From contig CAYMHP010000001.1 of the NCBI GenBank assembly GCA_964390225.1, forward strand, positions 13,609 through 63,322: a stretch of DNA of 49,714 nt, given 5' to 3'. The position numbers and the translations under genes were made by a program. The notes under the pieces were generated by a model that saw nothing but the letters and a program-made list of their open reading frames with translations, ran no database searches and was not told where the DNA came from. This DNA is from an uncultured Solibacteraceae bacterium. GTDB lineage: Bacteria > Acidobacteriota > Terriglobia > Bryobacterales > Bryobacteraceae. This document shows, piece by piece, positions 1 to 8,923 of this stretch (positions within the stretch are counted from its first letter, which is position 1; each line of letters opens with the position of its first letter).

Positions 1-744
1 TTACGGCAGGGCCGGTTTATTGCTCCTCAAGTGCTGCACGTCCTTGTTGTTTTCGGTGCAGGAGTATTCGATCAGCGCCGGCAAGCCGGGAGTGATCTTC
101 AACGGCTTGATCACGCGGTCGAGCGTCCACGGCTTGGCGTACATTTTGGGATCGTCCACGGTGTACTGATAGGCAATTGTGTCCGGCTTGCGTTCGAAGC
201 GCTCGATGACGTGAAGAGCGTCGCTATGCTGGTGCCCGGCGGTATCGAGCCAGGTCCACGGCGCGTCTTTCAGCCCAACAGTATCGACGATCAGGGTGTC
301 GCCTTCCCAGTGGCCCACCGAGTCGCCCATGAAGGTCGGCTCGGCATCTTTCAGGTGCGGCCGTCCGTCCAGCGGAATGGCCCGCCAGAGGCGCATGTAT
401 TCGAAGAGCATCACGAGGTAACCCGGCGTCTGTACGATCTGCAGTGGATACGGCGACTGCATGATGCGCGGCACGCCCGGATACCAGCAGTTCGATGTCG
501 GATCGTCTTTCGAATCGTGATTCTTGTACGCCGCGCGCCCGCGCTCGGTATAAGGGACCGTGTCCTCCTTGCCCAGCGCCATGTTGGGCACATACGGAGG
601 ATCCCAGAAACCGGAGAAATCCGGCTTGCCGTCAGCGGTGCGGGGAATCGCGCCCGCCGCGGGGGCATCCGTCTGGGCGGAGGCGGCAACGGAGCCGAGT
701 AAGGCGATTGCGGCGAATACAAAGGCGCTGAGGAACGTTTTCAC
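1..744 (-). CDS. secreted protein of unknown function (conserved hypothetical)
   Basis: ORF 1..912(-) trimmed to the in-frame GTG at 744. That GTG directly precedes a signal-peptide-like segment (VKTFLSAFVFAAIALLGSVAASAQ). The trim removes the overlap with the divergent MFS gene. Stop TAA at 1..3. No family recognised. Confidence 0.6.
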   Translation of the reverse strand: MKTFLSAFVFAAIALLGSVAASAQTDAPAAGAIPRTADGKPDFSGFWDPPYVPNMALGKEDTVPYTERGRAAYKNHDSKDDPTSNCWYPGVPRIMQSPYPLQIVQTPGYLVMLFEYMRLWRAIPLDGRPHLKDAEPTFMGDSVGHWEGDTLIVDTVGLKDAPWTWLDTAGHQHSDALHVIERFERKPDTIAYQYTVDDPKMYAKPWTLDRVIKPLKITPGLPALIEYSCTENNKDVQHLRSNKPALP

Positions 745-832
745 GGAGCCTCTCTTTCTTACACTTAGGATACCGATTCCGCGCGTGGCGGGAATGCCCA
801 ATTCGGGCCTGTGATAGAATCCGCCAATCGGT

Positions 833-2089
833 ATGCAGCCGCAGGCTCCCGGAATTGTCGGTAAATCTCTATCGCGGCAGAGCTGGGTGGCTTTGCTGGC
901 CTCTTTCACCATCCTGACGGTTGCATTCGCTTTCGGATTATTTTCGCTGCCGGCGTTTTACCCTCCGCTGGTAAAGGCATTCCACTGGAACCGGGCGACG
1001 GTCGCCGCGGGCGGCTCGATTGTCCTCTTTCTGATCGGGGTGCTCTCGCCGCCGGTCGGCTGGCTCGTGGATAAGTACTCGCCGAAAGCGGTGCTGCTGG
1101 GCGGCATGGTCGCGGTGGCTGCCGCGCTCGCGTTGTTGTCCACGACGAAATCGCTCGGACAGTACTATGCATTCTGCGTGTTGCTGGGGATTGGAACGTG
1201 CGCCGTTTCGATCATGCCGAATTCCCTGTTGATCGGGCCCTGGTTTTCCCGCGGCCGCGGCATTGCGGTAGGCTTCATTAACGCGGGCATCGGGTTGGGC
1301 GGGTACATCGCGCCGCGGCTTGCGACCGCGAAGATCGAGGCCGCCGGCTTTGCGTACGCGTTTCTGTTTCTCTCGTTCTGTCTGGCGATCCCATTCGCGC
1401 TAACCCTGATCGGAGTAAGGGGTGGAAGTTCTTCGAGCCGCGCCACGCGGCACTCGGCGTCAGCGCTGCGCGCCCCCACCGCTGGTGAACTCATGCGGAT
1501 GCCGATGTATTGGATCTTTGGAATAGGCCTGTTCTTCTCGGCGCACGCCATGCTTGCCGTGCAGCAGCACCTGATTCTCTACATGACCGGCCAGGGCGTT
1601 TCCGCCGGACGCGCGGCCGCCGCGTTGAGCACCGCTCTCGGGGTCAGCGCGCTGGGCAAGGTCCTCAGCGGCGCGATTGCCGATCGCTTCTCCGCCCGGC
1701 TCGCCATGATGCTGAGCGTGTTATGTGTCGGTTTGGGGATCGCCACGCTACTTTCGATTCCGGCGGGCTCCGACTGGATCTATCTCTTCGAGGCGCTGTT
1801 TGGACTCGGCTACGGCGGCATTTTCAATGCTTCGCCGACCATCATCTTTGAATATTTCGGGACGGAACGCGTCGGTACCTCGCTCGGCCTTCTGTACATC
1901 TTTTTCGGATTAGGGACGGCGAGCGGCGGCCTGCTGGCGGGCTATATATTCGACCAAACGCATCGTTACTCGGTCCCATTTACTGTGGACCTGACGCTTT
2001 CGTGCGTGGCGCTGCTGCTATTATTGGTGAGCGGCCGTCAAACCCGGCGCGTCTCGGTGGAAGCCAAGCCTGCCCTCTCCACCCCATGA
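833..2089 (+). CDS. MFS transporter
   Basis: 418-aa ORF with an ATG start. About 12 hydrophobic segments in a 6+6 arrangement around a central loop. Gly-rich MFS-style loops (GWLVDKYSPK). It sits 25 nt upstream of the LeuD-like operon on the same strand. Confidence 0.8.
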   Translation: MQPQAPGIVGKSLSRQSWVALLASFTILTVAFAFGLFSLPAFYPPLVKAFHWNRATVAAGGSIVLFLIGVLSPPVGWLVDKYSPKAVLLGGMVAVAAALALLSTTKSLGQYYAFCVLLGIGTCAVSIMPNSLLIGPWFSRGRGIAVGFINAGIGLGGYIAPRLATAKIEAAGFAYAFLFLSFCLAIPFALTLIGVRGGSSSSRATRHSASALRAPTAGELMRMPMYWIFGIGLFFSAHAMLAVQQHLILYMTGQGVSAGRAAAALSTALGVSALGKVLSGAIADRFSARLAMMLSVLCVGLGIATLLSIPAGSDWIYLFEALFGLGYGGIFNASPTIIFEYFGTERVGTSLGLLYIFFGLGTASGGLLAGYIFDQTHRYSVPFTVDLTLSCVALLLLLVSGRQTRRVSVEAKPALSTP

Positions 2090-2114
2090 CGGGGCAGCGG
2101 CGAGCAGCCTGATC

Positions 2115-2642
2115 ATGTCAGACAATCTGGTGTTTGAAGGAAATTGCTGGAAGTTCGGTCACAATATCCCGACGGACGCGATCACGCCCACCAAGATCAC
2201 GCTCGCCGGATTCAGCGAAATGGCCAGGCACGTTTTGGAAACGCTCAACCCCGATTTCCCCAAGCAGGTGCAGAAGGGCGACATCCTGATCGCGGGCCGC
2301 AATTTCGGCTGTTCTTCGGGACGCGCAATTGCGCCGAAGGCTCTTAAGGCGACCGGGATCAGCGCCATCGTTACGGAATTGTTCGCACGCACGTTCTACC
2401 GCAACGGGCATGAGATCGGTTTGCCGCTGCTCGAAGTCCCGGGGGTGCATGAGCTGGTGGAAACTGGAGATCGCGTTCGGGTCGATATCGGGCGCGGGTT
2501 GGTTGAGAACCTTTCCTCCGGCAAGTCTCTTCGCGGCAACCCGCCACCCCCATTTCTTCTCGAGATGGTGCGCGCCGGCGGCCTCATTCCTTTTTTGAAA
2601 TCCGGATCGCAATTCTTCGCGGAGCACGGCGTACTGCGATGA
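2115..2642 (+). CDS. aconitase-family small subunit (LeuD-like swivel domain), divergent
   Basis: 175 aa. It carries the LeuD hallmark GRNFGCSSGR...ARTFYRNGHEIGLPLLE (compare GRNFGCGSARE...ARTFYRNAINDGLPIVE in the canonical LeuD at 7067..7564). The substrate-specificity loop reads KITLA instead of RYLIY. Its stop overlaps the next start (ATGA). Confidence 0.8.
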   Translation: MSDNLVFEGNCWKFGHNIPTDAITPTKITLAGFSEMARHVLETLNPDFPKQVQKGDILIAGRNFGCSSGRAIAPKALKATGISAIVTELFARTFYRNGHEIGLPLLEVPGVHELVETGDRVRVDIGRGLVENLSSGKSLRGNPPPPFLLEMVRAGGLIPFLKSGSQFFAEHGVLR

Positions 2643-3715
2643 CGCTCTTGCTGAACAACCAGGAGGTCGAGCAGGCGCTCACGCCCGAAGACGCCATCAC
2701 GGCGACGGAGAGCATCTACCGTGAACTGGCCGAGGGCACAGCCGTCAACCGGCCGCGCAGCCAGACCTACATGCCGGTGGAATCGAAGGAGCACCCTGGC
2801 TTCCGCTATCGATTCAAATCGCAGGAAGGCAGCGGCGCTTCCTGCGGTGTTTGGGCGTTGCGCATCACTTCCGATATGGCGGGCTTCTCTTACACCGCCG
2901 GAGTGAAGCGCCGCCGTATTCTGCCGGTCGCCACGGGCAACCGGTATTGCGGGCTCGTGATCCTGTTCGACATCGAAAAAATCGAGCCGATCGCGATCAT
3001 GCCCGATGGCGTCATTCAGAAGGTTCGCGTGGCCGCATTGAGCACCGTCGGGGCCAAGTACCTCGCGCCCGCAAATCCCAGGGTGCTGGGTCTGTTTGGC
3101 AGCGGGTGGCAGGCGAGCGCGCATATCGAGTTTCTGTGCAGCCACTTTCGTTTCGAAAAGGTGAAGGTTTACAGCCCCAACCAGGAGCATTGCCGCGAAT
3201 TTTGCCGCGAGATGACTGCCAAACTCGGACAGTGCATCGAGCCCGTGGACTCACCGGAGAAAGCCGTTCAGGGCAGCGATTTCGTGCAGACCGCCACGGC
3301 CGCATGGGACCCGGTTTTCGACGGGCGTCTCGTGGAAAAGGGAATGTACATCTGCTCCATCGGCGGCGCCGACGCCAGCAACAAACGCCGCGAGATCGAC
3401 GACGAGACCATACGCCGCGCTGACCTGTATGTGGTCCATTCCAAGGAAGTCGCGCGGCTCGACCAATCGCCGGATATCTGGGAAGTCGCACAGAAGGGGA
3501 TCAAGAACTGGGATTCCATTCACGAAGTGCAAGATCTGATTGCGGGCAAGGCGCGGGGCCGCACACACCCGGATCAGATTACGGTGTTCAACAACAATAC
3601 GGGGGCCGGAACGCAATTTGCCGCCGTAGGCGCGGCGGTGCTGCAGCGTGCCCGGTCCATGGGATTAGGCCGGGAACTCCCGACCGAGTGGTTTCTGGAG
3701 GACGTCTCCCCGTAG
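2639..3715 (+). CDS. ornithine cyclodeaminase / mu-crystallin family NAD(P)-dependent enzyme
   Basis: 358 aa. Rossmann motif GLFGSGWQASAHIEF. Overall OCD/mu-crystallin layout. 4-nt overlap with the upstream gene. Confidence 0.8.
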   Translation: MTLLLNNQEVEQALTPEDAITATESIYRELAEGTAVNRPRSQTYMPVESKEHPGFRYRFKSQEGSGASCGVWALRITSDMAGFSYTAGVKRRRILPVATGNRYCGLVILFDIEKIEPIAIMPDGVIQKVRVAALSTVGAKYLAPANPRVLGLFGSGWQASAHIEFLCSHFRFEKVKVYSPNQEHCREFCREMTAKLGQCIEPVDSPEKAVQGSDFVQTATAAWDPVFDGRLVEKGMYICSIGGADASNKRREIDDETIRRADLYVVHSKEVARLDQSPDIWEVAQKGIKNWDSIHEVQDLIAGKARGRTHPDQITVFNNNTGAGTQFAAVGAAVLQRARSMGLGRELPTEWFLEDVSP

Positions 3716-3752
3716 ACGCGCGTTTGGACCGCGCTAAAATCCCGCAACCGAC

Positions 3753-4850
3753 ATGCTGAACGAAGATCGCCAGGCGCAGTTAACGAACCTCATGGCCGAG
3801 CGCGGCTGGGACCTGCTGCTTCTCTACGGTCACGGCTGGCGCAAGGATTTCTTTCGCTGCCTGGTCAACCTGAATTTCTCCGGTCCGCACGGGCTGGCCG
3901 CGCTCTTCCGCTCTGGCGAGGTGCACGCGATTGTTTCCGATCCCTGGGATGGCGAATCGCTTTCAGCGGCGCTCAATGGACGAGTCGTCATCGCCCGCAA
4001 TTTCCCCGAATCATTGAGCCGGTTCGTCGCGGGTGCGCGCGTCGGCGAAGTCGCCATCGCTGGCCTCGAGTTGATGGAGGTCCGCTTCGTTCAGGCCGTC
4101 GGAGAGGCGCTGAAAAAGCCGCCGGTCTCGGCGACCGCGGATCTGGAGGAACTGCGGCGGGTGAAGACAGCTCGCGAAATCGCGCTCCTCGAAAGAGCCG
4201 CCGAGCTTTCTGACCGCGGCTACCAGCACTTCGCCGAGGTCATCGAGCAGGGCATGACCGAATACGAGCTGGTGGCGGAGGTAGAGGCGTTTTTAAAGTG
4301 CAGCGGCGCGGAGGACAATTTCATGCTGATCGCCTCCGGCGGCACGGAGGTCACCGGCATGAAGCCGCCCACCGGCCGTAAATTTCGGGAAGGCGATTCG
4401 GTCACCACCGAACTCACTCCGCAGGTGGATGGCTACTACGCCCAGATCTGCCGGACGCTGGTGCTGGGAGAGCCGAACGCGAAGCAGTGCGAGGCTTTCG
4501 GGATTTTTGCAGAAGCACAGAAGGCAGCTGAGGATCTGCTCCGGCCCGGCGTCAACGTCGCCGATGTGGCCCGAGTGCAGAACGATGTCTTCCGCAAGTA
4601 CGGCTACGGCGAATATACAGGCCCGAAATATACACGCGTCCGCGGCCACAATCTCGGCCTGCACCCGGACGAGAATCCTTACGTTCTCGAAGACGTGGAT
4701 TATGTTGTGAAGAGAGACATGGTGCTGATCGCGCATCCGAACACGTACCTGCCGCTGTCGGGTTACATGGTCTTCGGCGACACGTTGCGGGTGACGGCGG
4801 ATGGCTGCGCGCCGCTGAACAAAACGGAAAGGAAACTCTTCCAGAAATGA
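3753..4850 (+). CDS. M24-family (pita-bread fold; creatinase/prolidase/ectoine-hydrolase-like) protein with non-canonical metal site
   Basis: 365 aa. A creatinase_N-like N-domain is followed by the M24 motifs GDSVTTELTP..GYYAQICRT, GHNLGLHPDENP, IAHPNTY and FGDTLRVT. At the five canonical D,D,H,E,E ligand positions it reads E,Q,H,H,G. Confidence 0.75.
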   Translation: MLNEDRQAQLTNLMAERGWDLLLLYGHGWRKDFFRCLVNLNFSGPHGLAALFRSGEVHAIVSDPWDGESLSAALNGRVVIARNFPESLSRFVAGARVGEVAIAGLELMEVRFVQAVGEALKKPPVSATADLEELRRVKTAREIALLERAAELSDRGYQHFAEVIEQGMTEYELVAEVEAFLKCSGAEDNFMLIASGGTEVTGMKPPTGRKFREGDSVTTELTPQVDGYYAQICRTLVLGEPNAKQCEAFGIFAEAQKAAEDLLRPGVNVADVARVQNDVFRKYGYGEYTGPKYTRVRGHNLGLHPDENPYVLEDVDYVVKRDMVLIAHPNTYLPLSGYMVFGDTLRVTADGCAPLNKTERKLFQK

Positions 4851-5779
4851 AACGCGGTTGGATCACGTGGGACAAAGCGGAACTGCATCCATCGGCGTTC
4901 GAATCGCGGCTGGAGATCGTCAGGAACGATCTCGTCGAACGGGACCTGCCCGCCCTCGTCGTTTACACGGATGTCTTTCGCTCGAACGAGGGCCGGTATT
5001 ATTCCAATTTCATGCCGTATTGGAACCGGGCGCTGCTCCTCATTCCGAGGGATGGGGCGCCGGTGCTCCTCTGCGGGCTTTCGCCGCGCGTGTACCCCTG
5101 GATCCGCTCCGTCACCATCCTCGAGGACATCAAGCCTTCTCCGAATCTCGCCCGCCAACTGCTGGAGGTGTGCGCGGCAAAGGGCTGGAACCGCATCGGC
5201 GTAATGGACCTGCTCCAAGTGCCATATGATCTCTACCAGCAGATCGGCGACGGATCTCTCGAATTAGTCGATGTTCCGTTCCGTGCGAAACCGGATACCT
5301 GGGAGATTTTGATGTATAAAGAGGCCGCTAGATTGGCGCGCGAAGGGCTTACGGAAGATCTGGCGGGCGGCATCGGAATGCTCGATCACGAATTCACGGG
5401 CCGCCTGGAGCGGAAATTCCGGAGCGCCGGAGCGGAAGACCTGGTCATCTTGTTAACGAATGGGCAGACGCCGCCGGTTCCTGCTCGCGGGGTAACGCTC
5501 GGCGAAAATTTCTCGGTGGCGCTGGCGCTCGAGTATCGGGGGCACTGGGCGAAAGTGGCGAGATCCGCGAACGGGGACTCGGCCCCGCCGGTTCCCCTCG
5601 AACCGGCGCCGAGGGACGCAAAAGTCTACGTGGAATCGTTATTGGGCTCCTACCCGTACGAACCCGGCGATCAGATGCAGGAGATCGTTGCGATTCGCAC
5701 CGAGGTGGAACGAGGAGGCCGCAGGTTGTTCCACGGAGATACCTACCTGCGCAGGGGTGGGAAGGTGGACCTGCTGTGA
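4847..5779 (+). CDS. divergent creatinase/M24-like protein (probably non-catalytic or non-metallo)
   Basis: 310 aa. The start overlaps the upstream stop (ATGA). The N-terminal half resembles the creatinase/aminopeptidase-P N-domain. The C-terminal half is short and I cannot find the M24 ligand motifs in it. Confidence 0.55.
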   Translation: MKRGWITWDKAELHPSAFESRLEIVRNDLVERDLPALVVYTDVFRSNEGRYYSNFMPYWNRALLLIPRDGAPVLLCGLSPRVYPWIRSVTILEDIKPSPNLARQLLEVCAAKGWNRIGVMDLLQVPYDLYQQIGDGSLELVDVPFRAKPDTWEILMYKEAARLAREGLTEDLAGGIGMLDHEFTGRLERKFRSAGAEDLVILLTNGQTPPVPARGVTLGENFSVALALEYRGHWAKVARSANGDSAPPVPLEPAPRDAKVYVESLLGSYPYEPGDQMQEIVAIRTEVERGGRRLFHGDTYLRRGGKVDLL

Positions 5780-7035
5780 ACATGATCGAGAAAATTCTCG
5801 CCAAGGCAAGCGGGAATCGGGAGGTCCGCCCGGGCGACGTGGTGGTGGCGAAGGTCGATCTGATGGTGATGCACGACCTCAGCTCGAACTTCGTGATGAA
5901 AGTCTTCGAGAACGAAATGGAGGCCGCTACCATCGCGGACCCCTCGCGCATCGCATTCGTCTTCGATCACAACTTCGCGCCCGCCACGCAACAGGCCGCC
6001 GAGGCCTTGGCCGCCGTCCGCAAGTTTGCCGCCAAACACCGCATTCGCAACGTCTTTGATTGCGGCAGCGGGAGCGTGCATCATGTGATTGTCGAAAGCG
6101 GCCTGTGGGCGCCCGGACAAGTGATCATCGGCTGCGATTCCCACACGCCGATTTATGGAGCGCTCGGTGTGTTTGCCACCGGCGTCGGCAACAACTCCAT
6201 GGCCGCACTCGGCTTTCAGCATGGCCTCGGTTGGGTCAAGGTTCCGGAGACCTTTCAGGTTTTCTTCCACGGCGAAACGAAGGGGTGCGTGACCCCGCGG
6301 GACGTCGCTCAGTACCTGGTGGGGCGACTGGGTGAGGATGGCGCGGTCTACAAGGCGATTGAGTATGCCGGCCCGTATATGGAGTCGCTGGCCATCGAGG
6401 ATCGCATGCTCTTTCCCTTAATGTCGATTGATGTCGGCGCGAAATGTGGTTTCGTGAATCCCGACCAAAAGACCCTCGCGTTTGCGAAATCATATTCCAA
6501 GGCAAAGTACTTCGACATGCCGGCGAACGATTCCGGTACGGCATACACGGACGTTCTCGACATCGACGTAAGCAAGCTGGGGCCGCAGGTTGCGTGCCCG
6601 CCGACAGTGGGCAACGTGAAGCCAGTGGAAGAGGTCGCTGGGGTTGCGATCAACATCGCCGAGGTGGGAGGCAGCACCGGAGGGCGTCTCTCCGACATTC
6701 GCCGCCTCGCCGAGTTCTTCCGAAACCGGCGCGTTCATCCCGATGTACGTCTCCAGGTGGTGCCAGCAACACGCGGCATTTTCCGTGAGGCCCTCCGAGA
6801 GGGCCTCTTCGATGTCCTGCACGATGCCGGCGCGAACATCTTCCCGGCGAGCGCGGGCTCCAACCAGGCCTTCAACATGGGCGCCATGGCGGAAGAGGAG
6901 GCGATGATCTCGAACCAGGCGCGCAATTTCCCAGGCCGCAATGGGCATCCGAAAGCGCGGCATTATCTCGGTTCGACGCTCACGGTGGCAGCTTCGGCGC
7001 TGCACGGCCGCATCACCGACCCACGCGCGGTCTAG
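5776..7035 (+). CDS. aconitase-family large subunit (LeuC-like) lacking the three Fe-S cysteine ligands
   Basis: 419 aa, colinear with the LeuC at 7566..8849 (MIEKILAK, GCDSHTPIYGALG, ARNFPGRNG, ITDPR). GSC becomes GGS (Ser300, nt 6673-6675). GCGAC becomes ASAGS (Ser359 and Ser362, nt 6850-6852 and 6859-6861). GTG start overlaps the upstream stop (GTGA). Alternative ATG at 5782. Confidence 0.8.
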   Translation: MNMIEKILAKASGNREVRPGDVVVAKVDLMVMHDLSSNFVMKVFENEMEAATIADPSRIAFVFDHNFAPATQQAAEALAAVRKFAAKHRIRNVFDCGSGSVHHVIVESGLWAPGQVIIGCDSHTPIYGALGVFATGVGNNSMAALGFQHGLGWVKVPETFQVFFHGETKGCVTPRDVAQYLVGRLGEDGAVYKAIEYAGPYMESLAIEDRMLFPLMSIDVGAKCGFVNPDQKTLAFAKSYSKAKYFDMPANDSGTAYTDVLDIDVSKLGPQVACPPTVGNVKPVEEVAGVAINIAEVGGSTGGRLSDIRRLAEFFRNRRVHPDVRLQVVPATRGIFREALREGLFDVLHDAGANIFPASAGSNQAFNMGAMAEEEAMISNQARNFPGRNGHPKARHYLGSTLTVAASALHGRITDPRAV

Positions 7036-7062
7036 TGGGGCAGGCCGTTGGCCTGCCCCACT
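7034..7062. terminator. bidirectional intrinsic-terminator-like hairpin between convergent operons
   Basis: Perfect 13-bp inverted repeat AGTGGGGCAGGCC-gtt-GGCCTGCCCCACT. It starts inside the stop codon of the LeuC-like gene and ends 5 nt before the leuD stop. Confidence 0.7.
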
Positions 7063-7066
7063 AAGG

Positions 7067-7564
7067 TTACGTCTGCTGCAATTGCGATTTCAGGTATTCT
7101 GCCAGGCCGCCGAGTTCTAGGATTTTCCGCACCGACTCCGGCATCTTGGGGAACGGATATTCCTTTCCCCCGTGCTCGATGAGCCCCGACGCCAGGTCGA
7201 TGCGGATCTCGTCGCCTTCCTGAACGGCCTCGTAAATCGCAGGGCATTCGACAATGGGCAGCCCGTCGTTGATGGCATTCCGATAAAACGTGCGCGCGAA
7301 CGATGCCGCGACCACGGCTTTGATGCCGAGGCCCTGAATCGCCGTCGCCGCCTGTTCGCGCGCGCTGCCGCATCCGAAATTCCGTCCGGCGACGAAGATC
7401 TCAAAATTGCGCAGCTTCGCGGGGAAGCCCTCGCCAAGCATCTCGAACGCGTGCTGGCCGAGCCGTTCGGGGTCGATGTAGATGAGATAACGGCCCGGAA
7501 TGATGATATCGGAATTGATGTTGTCGCCGAATTTGTAGATCCGGCCCTGGATCGTCGATTCCAT
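7067..7564 (-). CDS. leuD: 3-isopropylmalate dehydratase small subunit (archaeal-type LeuD)
   Basis: 165 aa. GRNFGCGSAREQA and ARTFYRNAINDGLP motifs. The specificity loop GRYLIY is of the YLVY type reported for isopropylmalate isomerase, not the YLRT type of homoaconitase. It lies 1 nt downstream of leuC. Confidence 0.8.
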   Translation of the reverse strand: MESTIQGRIYKFGDNINSDIIIPGRYLIYIDPERLGQHAFEMLGEGFPAKLRNFEIFVAGRNFGCGSAREQAATAIQGLGIKAVVAASFARTFYRNAINDGLPIVECPAIYEAVQEGDEIRIDLASGLIEHGGKEYPFPKMPESVRKILELGGLAEYLKSQLQQT

Positions 7565-7565
7565 G

Positions 7566-8825
7566 CTAGTTCTTCAGGAACTCCCTGGGGTCGGTAATCA
7601 CGCCCTCAATCGCCGACGCCGCGAGCGTGGCGGGACTCGAAAGGTAAATTTGCGACTTGTTGCTTCCCATGCGTCCCAGGAAGTTCCGGTTCGCCGTGGA
7701 GAGGCAGACCTCTCCATCGGCCAGCATCCCGCCATCCCCGGCGCACGCGCCGCAGCCGGGGTTGGTGACCATGCCGCCGCTCTCGAGAAGCGTCTGCAGC
7801 ACTCCGGAGTTCATGGCCTGCAGCATGATCTGCTTCGAACCCGGCGTGATGATCAACCGCACGCCGGGATGGACGCGGCGGCCTTTGAGAATCCGGGCGG
7901 CAATCGCCAGGTCCTCGTACTTGGCGTTGGCGCACGAACCGAGGAATGCCTGGTCGATGTGCGTTCCGGCGACCTCGCCGATCGGTTTCGTGTTCTCGAC
8001 TTCATGCGGGCAGGCGACCATCGGCTGCAGTTCCGCCAGGTCCACCTCGATGCGCCGTTCGTAGACGGCGTCGGCATCCGCATAGACGGGGTAATAGGCT
8101 TTCGAGGTCTCCAGCCGCCCCTTCAGATACTCCCCGGTCTTCTCGTCCGGGGGCACAAACACGCACTTAACCCCCATCTCCATCGCGAGATTCGCCATGG
8201 TCATCCGCTCCGAGATACTCAGCGCCGGCATGGCCGAGCCGTAGAACTCCACGGATTTGTAGCCGCATCCATCCGCGCCCAGCTTCCCGATCAAGTGGAG
8301 CATCAGGTCCTTCGAATAAACGCCGTCCCCGAACTGCCCGTTCAATACGATCGCGAAGCTCTCCGGAACCTTCATCCAGAGCTTTCCGGTGATCCACACG
8401 GAGGTCACTTCCGTGTAGCCGATACCCGTGCCCAGCGCGCCGAGGCTGCCGTAGATCGTGCAATGCGAGTCGGTGCCGACGATCAGATCGCCGGGCGCGA
8501 CGTGCCCGTGCTCCATCAGCACCAGGTGCGCAATCCCGGCGTCAACGTCATAAAATTTGCGCACGCCGTGCTGGCGCGCGAAATGGCGCGATGTCTGCTG
8601 ATCGGCCGCGTACTTTTCGGTCTTCGCTGGAGAGATGTGATCCAACACGATGGCGAGACGCTCGGGATCGTACAGCTTGGTTGCGCCCACCCGCGACATC
8701 ACGTTCACGGAACGCCACGTAGCGGTGTGGCTCATGACCAGGTCGGGGTAGGCCTCGACAATTTCTCCCGGCTGCACCCTGTCCCGGCCGGATTTCGCCG
8801 AAAGAATCTTCTCGGCTATGGTCAT
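7566..8825 (-). CDS. leuC: 3-isopropylmalate dehydratase large subunit (archaeal-type LeuC)
   Basis: The track ORF runs to the TTG at 8849. I prefer the ATG at 8825, which gives MTIAEKILSAK, the usual LeuC N-terminus. Motifs GTDSHC, FLGSCANAKYEDL and NPGCGACAGDGG retain all three cluster cysteines. The start is uncertain by 24 nt. Confidence 0.85.
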   Translation of the reverse strand: MTIAEKILSAKSGRDRVQPGEIVEAYPDLVMSHTATWRSVNVMSRVGATKLYDPERLAIVLDHISPAKTEKYAADQQTSRHFARQHGVRKFYDVDAGIAHLVLMEHGHVAPGDLIVGTDSHCTIYGSLGALGTGIGYTEVTSVWITGKLWMKVPESFAIVLNGQFGDGVYSKDLMLHLIGKLGADGCGYKSVEFYGSAMPALSISERMTMANLAMEMGVKCVFVPPDEKTGEYLKGRLETSKAYYPVYADADAVYERRIEVDLAELQPMVACPHEVENTKPIGEVAGTHIDQAFLGSCANAKYEDLAIAARILKGRRVHPGVRLIITPGSKQIMLQAMNSGVLQTLLESGGMVTNPGCGACAGDGGMLADGEVCLSTANRNFLGRMGSNKSQIYLSSPATLAASAIEGVITDPREFLKN

Positions 8826-8923
8826 TCCCACGTGGAAAACCCCTCCCAAATCGCTCTGACGCGACGTATTCAGTGTATCAAGGCCTCTGGATCGTCTATA
8901 TTGAATGGATTACGGAGCCAGCT

